Below, in pieces: positions 51,844 to 64,000 of a stretch of DNA of 64,000 nt. The translations under genes were made by a program, and so were the position numbers. The stretch is from the NCBI RefSeq assembly GCF_009914755.1, contig NC_060927.1; one strand, 5' to 3'. Numbering within the stretch: position 1 is the first letter of the stretch; every line of letters starts with the position of its first letter. The DNA comes from the human T2T-CHM13v2.0 reference genome, Homo sapiens. The notes beneath the pieces are model-generated. The model saw nothing but the letters and a program-made list of their open reading frames with translations, was not told the origin of the DNA and did no database searches.

Positions 51844-54800
51844 TATATATATATATATGTGTGTGTATATATATAGTATTCTGTATCTCTATATTTCAAA
51901 ATAGGTAGAAGAGACGATTTTGAATGCTCTCATCACAAAAAAATGACAAGGTATGAGGTGATGGGTGTGGTAAATACCTTGATTTGATTTTTCCATAATA
52001 TATACATCCCACTGTACCTCATGCATATGTACAATTATTATCTGTCAATAAAAACACAGTTTAAAAATTACTGAAATACAACCCAGTAAAGTTATGATTT
52101 TTAAAAATATAATTCTTTGAACATCCAGACAGAAAGATCAAAAACTTGTACGAGAAATATATCAGGCTGGCCTTAGCATTCACAACAATATACATCATCA
52201 GAAATCAGTGGAGAGATAAATGCACAGTCCTCCAGGAAATAAAGTGTGAGCAAAAATGTTATACACACCTAGACAAATTGCTGAAATAGAAAGGCAACAG
52301 CAGGCATTTTTGATCATGCAAGCACTAGGAGAATATATTTCCTCTAAAGCCAACTTGAAGAAATTGTTTAAAAAAATAAATCTCAGTTGAACACCTGTTG
52401 AATAGAAACACTGTAGCACAAGGACAAAGGTGAACCTAAACTCCATTTGACTTTAAAAGTAAGGAAAAAAGAACTCTTGGAATCACAGCTTCATTAGTAC
52501 AATGTGAATGGAATGACAACGGAGAAACAATGTAACTAATAAAAGTTGGCAAGAAATTAGGCAGTTGTGTAAGAATATTGATTATTTCATGTTTTATAAT
52601 CAGAAGTCTAAAAGCCTCACTTATAGCTGATAGTTCAAACAACTGAGGTTTGGATATATTTTAAGGTGTGAAACAAGTACAAGTAGAACTAATAGTAGTA
52701 TCTACTAAGCCATATTGGAGAAAATGAATGAATTGGAGATGTATCAATACATCATTGTTCTAGTGTCTACAAAATAGGAGATAAGTACACTAAATCATGT
52801 TATAGATATAGAATCAAATACGAAAATGACCCAAAACAGAAACAAAAGTTTCCAGAATGGTAGTAAGATACCCAACCCACACACAAAAAAGCAAAGAAAT
52901 ATACACAACACAGAAAAAATAGAGCAATAAAACAGAAAACAGCATAAAATATGACAGAATGAATAGAAATACAATATTATAACTTTTCATTGAAGTTAGG
53001 AAGAAAACAAGGACGTTCATTATCACAAATATAAGTGTGGCATAAAAATGGGAAAGAGGGAAATAATGCTATCATTATTTGAAAAAGATATGACATACTT
53101 GAAAAACTCAAGAAAATCATCTTGACGTCTTATAACAAGAGAATACAGTGACATGATTGGGAACAAAATTAATCAACAACAAAAATTAACGGCCTTGCTA
53201 TAGACAAAAAACTAAATTTTCAAGCGACAGAAGAGACTCCATTTTAAATACAAATAGAAACATAGAATACCTATGAATAAACTAAAAATATTGGAAGACA
53301 TATTTATTGAAGAAAGTGTAGAAGGTTGTTAAGACACCTAAAAAGTGCTTGAATAGAAGGAAAATCATACTGATCTGGGATAGGTAGACTCTATACAATG
53401 AAGATTTCAACTCATCCTAAATTATTCTATGAATTTAATTCAATTCCGATAAAACAGTTGAAAGGATAATTTTCTCTCTGGAATAAGGGATTTAGATTCT
53501 AAAGATTATATGGAAAACTAGTTATGGCCAGTATCTCCAAAAGAGGAGTAGAAAGAGGTGAGAATATACTCTCCAAATCATACTATAGATATTATCAAAC
53601 TAATTAAATGGCAAATACAGTGTTGGAACACAAGAGAGTCCAGAAATAGACCCAAATTACACAGGGAATTCATTATATATCAAAAATGGAACTCATATCA
53701 AGGAAGAAAGGATAGGGTATTTGATAAATCTGATGGAGAAAACTGGATAAAACATGAAAAGATATAAATGGAAATAATGAAAACACGAATGTTCCTGGGG
53801 AAAGCATGGAAGCCTTTTTTTGAAGATACAGACCTTTCTTAGTATTGGTCAAATCATAGAAACCATGCTAAGAATTTATAACTTCATAAGCATTTTGAAT
53901 AGAAAAAAAACAATGTCAAAAGCCAACACAACAAACTAGAAAAAGATACTTCCAACAAGTACTTTAAGTGTGACTGCTATTCATTTTTACTGTATAAAGA
54001 ACTTTTTATGTATCAGAAAACAAACCAACAGGAAAAAATAGGCGTAAACAAAGCTTACAGACAAATAAGAAACTAAAATTTGTCTTTTAAATATTTGAAA
54101 AGGTGCTAAGCTCTACTTATATATAGATACACAGACACACTCACACGCACACACATATAAACTACATTGAGACATCACTTTTCATTTATCAATGAAGATA
54201 TAGAGGAAAAAAACTCTCCTTTATTGTTGTGACAGTTTAAATTGCAAAACTTTTGCAAAGGTCAGCTTGACTACAAATTTGATAACACACACCACAGTTT
54301 AAAATGTAGGTATGTTTTAATTTAGCAAATTTACTCCTAGGTATTTTTTTCTTCAGGTACTCTAGTATTTAATAGGTATAAACAAAGACATATATACAAG
54401 AACAATCACTGAAAAATTGTTTGCAATACTTAAAACACTTCAAATGTTCAATAATAGAAAACTGAATTCAATATTATAATACAGCTTGATTATGTAACTA
54501 TTCGTGCATTGGTATTGGTTAGGACTATATCTGGAAAAATTCACACAAAATGGGTAATAGTGCTAGCCTATAGGGAAGGAAACAGGAAAACAAACAAGTG
54601 GAAAGTCTTACTTTCCCTATGTGTGCATTCATAATTTTTGATGGCATGTCATGTACACATATTATCCATTTAAAAAAGAAGACAAAATAATAATGGAAGT
54701 GAAATGATTGTACTAAGTACTTCCTAAATGCAGTTTGTACTGACTTAAAATTAGTGTGAAATATTGGCTCAAAACTGTCCTTTTCATTATTTTGTATATT

Positions 54801-55629
54801 AGAACAGTTTAATTTTTTAGAGGCTGATACATATATTGAATTGTTTGACTGCATACAAGCTTCCACAATACTTAGATTAAATCTGAAAGTAATCAGTTCT
54901 TCTATCATTAACTTGCTGCTCTGTTTATGCTAAGATATTGGATCAAGATGAATTTTTTTCCTAAACTGCAGTCATCAAATCTCATTTCCCGTTGACGTAC
55001 CTATTTATATTTGAAGCACAACTGTTTAACTCTGTCCATTTGCATAGGTCAGTTAATAAACCTTGCAGATATTTAATTTGTATCCATGATGTATCTAACC
55101 CAGAAGCATTGGTCTATTTTGATTTAATTTGATACTCTCTTTTTAGAACAGTCTGAATATTTACTACAAAGATTGTAGTTTCCCTTAACATTTCATCGTG
55201 GACATTTTCATTCACTCAACAAATATTGACCTAAGCTCTCTGGGTTTATGTGATGATGGGGATATTTGTATAAAAGATAGTGAGAATTACATATAAATAT
55301 TATGTTCTGTAGTGCCTTATAAGCCTCTGATATTTTGCTATAATGTAAGATATTTATTTACATTCACATTCAACTTACATTTATTGGATAACAGATATTG
55401 GGATATAAAACCAAATCAGCCATGGCTGCTGACAATCCAGCAGGGTGGAGAGATATATGAATGGTTCATTACAATTCGATATGGCAAATAAATTTATAGA
55501 AAGACTCACATGAGCAAAGGAAGAACACATAACCCAACTCAGTCAGGAGAGCGGGGAGAGGGTGCTGGAGACAGTGACTCTGTGTCTGAAGAGATGGTTG
55601 AATTTAAGTAGGGCAAACACAGTGAGTAT

Positions 55630-55820
55630 GGCATGGTGATGGAGTGCTAGTTTAGAGTCCAAGAATCTAAAACTTACTAACTCCATGTCCATGGGCAAGT
55701 TACTTTACTTCTCTGTTTAAAATGGTGATAATAATGGTCCATGCCTGTCAAGATGGATTGGGGATTACATGAAATGATTAGAACAGTACCTGGAGTTTAG
55801 TAAGCAGCTTATAAAAACAA
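55630..55820 (+). mobile_element. MIR SINE
   Basis: ATGGGCAAGTTACTTTACTTCTCTG..AAAATGGTGATAATAATG. Confidence 0.7.
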
Positions 55821-55830
55821 GCTGCTATTG

Positions 55831-56259
55831 GGTTTTTGTTTGTTTGTTTGTTTGTTAAGTTCCAGGGTACATGTGCAGGATGAGCAGGTTTGTTACATGG
55901 GTAAACGTGTGCCATGGTGGTTTGCTGCACCTGTCAACCCATCAACTAGGTATAAAGCCCAGCGTGCATTAGCTAGTTTTCCTAATGCTCTCCCTCCTGA
56001 CACCCACGCCCTGACAGGCCCCAATGTGTGTTGCTCCCCTCAATTGTCTATGTGTTCTCATTGATCAACTCCCACTTATAAGTGAGAAGATGCAGTGTTT
56101 GGTTTTCTGTTCCTGTGTTAGTTTGCTGAGGATAATGGCTTCCAGCTCCATCCATGTCCATGCAAAGGACATGATTCCATTCCTTTATATCACTGCATAC
56201 TATTCCATGGTGTACATGTGCCACATTTTCTTTATCCAGTCTGTCATTGATGGAAGACA
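55831..56259 (-). mobile_element. 5'-truncated L1PA (PA8/10-like)
   Basis: (TTTG)n tail, AAGTTCCAGGGTACATGTGCAGGATG...; TGCTATTG on both sides. Confidence 0.93.
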
Positions 56260-58137
56260 TGCTATTGTTTTTATTATCAAGTATGGTAGAGTGGGAGAAG
56301 GGAGGTAGAGCCTTACAAACAAGAGAGTGACAGGAAGGACACAGAAGCAGAAGAAACAGCCTTGCACAGGGTGCAGTTCAGGCCAGAGAATGGCGAGAGA
56401 TGAATGTGGAGAAGCAGGCAGGGACTAGAGCACAGTGGCTGTGAATGCCCTCCTTAGGCACTTGACGGTCATCATGACTTGGGGATATTCTCATTCTCTG
56501 CAGGGGAAGGATGTGCTCAGACTTGGCTGGCTGAGCTGTCACTCTGGATGTTTGCAGTCGAGAAGACTGCAGTCACAAAGTGATGGATCAGTTTAGCTAG
56601 AAATGATGAAGTCTGAACTAGAAGAACAATGCTAGAGAACAGAGTGGAAGCAAGCAATTTAAGGAATATCTAGTGGGGAAATATTATCAAGTCAAAGTGG
56701 ATAATTCGTTGTATTTTGTGGAAAGATGGGGGAAGCCATGGGTCACATGGAGTCCAGCTTTACAGGCGATTTTTGCCGTTATCCCCAAAGGAGAGAACAG
56801 GGATAGCAGGGAGAAAAGAAGATGAGCATGCAACAGCGCAGTGCCATTACTCACAGCCCCTTTCCCCAGTTTTTTATATCCAGAACTTCTCCTTAAACAG
56901 CTAAGCCTTTCAACTTGCTAAAATATCAGCTCAGTTGAGCAGTCTGAAGAATAAGGAAGCATGAGTCTCCACTGACGAATTATGCCTTCTCTCCGTCGAT
57001 GTAAATGCTCCCTTAAATCACCCTTGAATTTCTCCTCTATTCCCGAGGAACTGGTTGGGAGTTGAAGCAGGCTATAATAATTTAATCTCTACATAAATTC
57101 ATAGAATAGAAGTGACAGGACAAAGTTGCACACCACATATTCTGAATGTTCACATCTCATTTCTGGATGCCACTGAATCTTTATCCGTGAAAAGAACAGC
57201 ACATTCTTAAAAATCCCGTAATTTTCTTTTTCTTATTTGATTTGCTGTGGCATTCTAAAGAGATTCACCACATTTTCCATCTCTGCTTTTACGCATTTGT
57301 ATTCCATATAGATGCTTTCAAGGTTTCAGTTGCTGAATCTGCATTGTTGAGATGAAATCATGAGCCTTTTGATTTACTGTAAGAGCTTCATTATTCTCAG
57401 CTGTGTCATTTGGTGCCAGTATCTCTGCTGCCTAAAAATGCCATCAGGATTCATCGAAAAATAAACAAAACTCTCTTAAAATTTACTTTCTGTCTGTAAA
57501 CAATAGGAAGAGTAGCCGGAAGGGTACAAGGAAATCTAAAGAGGATGCAAAATATATGCAGGGATTTTGATACACGTTATTCTTCTGAAAACTTCGTTTC
57601 ATGCTGCCATGTTAAAAATTTCTAAACAATTCGGAGAACAACCCCCTTTTTCCTTCCCATAGAAAAAGAGTTTAGATTAAGGATATTAGCATTATTTTCT
57701 CTTCTAATTTGTGTTCACTTTGTATTTCACAAAGATGAAATGGATGCTTATTCTTACAGTATTCCTGTGTTATTCTTTATGTACTCTCTACAGATAGATC
57801 CAATTTGGTATCTCATAGAAGGTGAGGCAGGCATCATGTACATACAACTGTACCAGAGAAATCATGCTTCAAAATAGAAAAATATTACCATCCTCATAAC
57901 ATGATTTTATCTACTAAAGTGCTTCCGTGTAAAAAAAAAAAAAAGAAAAGAAAAAAAAAGATATCCTAGGAGGTTGCCTAAGACTTACGTTTTCCAAAAG
58001 GGGGGACATGTAGCACTGCTGATAAATGAATATGGTTTTGAGTATAACACTAAGGTGGAATTAATTACCTAGAAACACATAATAAGAAAAGTTTTCTTGT
58101 TTCAATTCTTTCAGTACTTCTAATTACTTAAAAGACA

Positions 58138-58291
58138 AGGGAGAGGATCAGGAAAAATAACAAATGGGTACTAGGCTTAATACCTGGGTCATGAAATAAT
58201 CTGTACAAGAAACCCTATGACACAAGTTTGCCTGTGTAACAAACTTGCACGTGTATCCCTGAACTTAAAATAAAAGTCAAAAAAAAAAAAA
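58138..58291 (+). mobile_element. L1PA (PA13-like) 3' tip
   Basis: GGATCAGGAAAAATAAC..ATGGGTACTAGGCTTAATACCTGGG...GAACTTAAAATAAAAG(A)n. Confidence 0.9.
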
Positions 58292-58292
58292 G

Positions 58293-58488
58293 CAGTTGTG
58301 TGCTGGGTTGCCCCTTAGATGCTTACAAGAGGAGGCTGTTTGCATCTCCTCCCAACCATATCCAGTGATGTTACCTCGATAGCCTGAAATTATCCATGGT
58401 GGAAAGATCTACAGACAGAAATCAGAAATTTCTGCAAGTCAGACTCTTTGTCTCACATAGCTGTTAAACGTGGAACAGCACATCATTG
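58293..58488. mobile_element. MER63-like hAT element
   Basis: Termini CAGTTGTGTGCTG / CAGCACATCATTG are imperfect inverted repeats; internal TAGCCTGAAAT..CCATGGTGG. Confidence 0.65.
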
Positions 58489-58947
58489 TTGGGAGGGGAT
58501 AGTGTCGGTCTGGTCCTACCATTCAGGTCTTCAGCACTTCTGTAATACATGCTCACCTCTTTTTTAATAACAAACCTGCAGTTTCCAGCCTTTTGTGTGA
58601 GGTAGCCTCTCCTAGTACCATTTTCCTTTCAATGACATCACTTTGGAAGTTATCTTTAATTTATGCCAGCTGTATAGGTTTTGCTTTTATAGTAATGATA
58701 CCGTGTCTTTCTTTTTTTTTAAGTATATCTTTTTTTTTTATTATTATACTTCAAGTTTTAGGGTACATGTGCACAATGTGCAGGTTAGTTACATATGTAT
58801 ACATGTGCCATGCTGGTGTGCTGCACCCACTAACTCGTCATCTAGCATTAGGTATATCTCCCAATGCTATCCCTCCCCCCTCCCCCCACCCCACAACAGT
58901 CCCCAGAGTGTGATGTTCCCCTTCCTGTGTCCATGTGTTCTCATTGT

Positions 58948-62784
<3,837 letters not shown>

Positions 62785-62832
62785 TTATTTTGCTCATTAG
62801 TTGATGCAGTTTCTTCCTAGTCTCGATGGTCT

Positions 62833-63843
62833 TTACATTTTGGCATGATTTTGCAGCAGCTGGTACCGGTTGTGCCTTTCCATGTTTAGCACTTCCTTCA
62901 GGAGCTCTTTTAGGGCAGGCCTGGTGGTAACAAAATCTCTCAGCATTTGCTTGTCTGTAAAGTACTTTATTTCTCCTTCACTTATGAAGCTTACTTTGGC
63001 TGAAATTCTGGGTTGAAAATTCTTTTCTTTAACAATGTTGAATATTGGCCCCCACTCTCTTCTGGCTTGTAGAATTTCTGCCGAGAGATCCGCTGTTAGT
63101 CTGATGAGCTTCCCTTTGAGGGTAACCTGACCTTTCTCTCTGGCTGCCCTTAACATTTTTTCCTTCATTTCAACTTTGGTGAATCTGACAATTATGTGTC
63201 TTGGAGTTGCTCTTCTCGAGGAGTATCTTTGTGGCATTCTCTGTATTTCCTGAATCTGAATGTTGGCCTGCCTTGCTATATTGGGGAAGTTCTCCTGGAT
63301 GATATCCTGCAGAGTGTTTTCCAACTTGGTTCCATTCTCCCCTTCACTTCCAGGTACACCAATCAGACGTAGATTTGGTCTTTTCACATAGTCCCATATT
63401 TCTTGGAGGCTTTGCTCGTTTCTTTTTATTCTTTTTTCTCTAAACTTCCCTTCTCACTTCATTTCATTCATTTCATCTTCCATCACTGATACCCTTTCTT
63501 CCAGTTGATCACATTGGCTCCTGAGGCTTCTGCATTCTTCATGTAGTTCTCGAGCCTTGGTTTTCAGCTCCATCAGCTCCTTTAAGCACTTCTCTGTATT
63601 GGTTATTCTAGTTATACATTCTTCTAAATTTTTTTCAAAGTTTTCAACTTCTTTGCCTTTGGTTTGAATGTCCTCCCGTAGCTCGGAGTAATTTGATCAT
63701 CTGAAGCCTTCTTCTCTCACCTCGTCAAAGTCATTCTCCATCCAGCTTTGTTCCGTTGCTGGTGAGGAACTGCGTTCCTTTGGAGGAGGAGAGGCACTCT
63801 GCTTTTTAGAGTTTCCAGTTTTTCTGTTCTGTTTTTTCCCCAT
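62833..63843 (-). pseudogene. L1 ORF1p with premature stops
   Basis: ATG at 63843; TGA at codon 49 (63697-63699) and codon 130 (63454-63456), consistent with CGA>TGA decay; C-terminal KRPNLRLIGVP...NHAKM with a 6-nt in-frame deletion. Confidence 0.93.
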
Positions 63844-64000
63844 CTTTGTGGTTTTATCTACTTTTGGTCTTTGATGATGGTGATGTACAGATGGGTTTTT
63901 GGTGTGGATGTCCTTTCTGTTTGTTAGTTTTCCTTCTAACAGACAGGACCCTCAGCTGCAGGTCTGTTGGAGTACCCTGCCGTGTGAGGTGTCAGTGTGC

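Noticed and set aside
58820-58845. Active L1HS-Ta assignment
   Set aside because: The diagnostic triplet is GAG rather than ACA, and both ORFs are broken
63844-64000. L1 ORF0 / antisense promoter
   Set aside because: These lie further upstream in the 5' UTR, outside the window

Overview
This 64 kb window is AT-rich, CpG-poor primate (human-like) genomic DNA. It is built mostly from transposable-element fossils: Alu, L1, L2, MIR, MaLR/ERV LTRs and hAT/Tigger DNA transposons. I find no supportable cellular protein-coding gene, tRNA, rRNA or CRISPR array. The only recognisable protein-like ORFs are broken LINE-1 ORF1/ORF2 pieces, chiefly from a long, dead L1PA2/PA3-type element at 58.7-64 kb (minus strand, running off the right edge). 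L1 and LTR orientations are mixed, which weakly favours intergenic or lncRNA territory. I cannot support a new biological system here. The observations most worth checking are: a 10-copy minisatellite born inside an L1PB 3' UTR; a tail-less Alu 5' fragment with a 12-bp flanking duplication; a perfect 20-bp hairpin; several templated micro-inversion scars; two twin-primed L1s; and a candidate minus-strand exon just downstream of a MER4A LTR and between inverted Alus. Repeat subfamily names come from my recall of consensus sequences and need RepeatMasker/Dfam confirmation. Boundaries of old elements are approximate.
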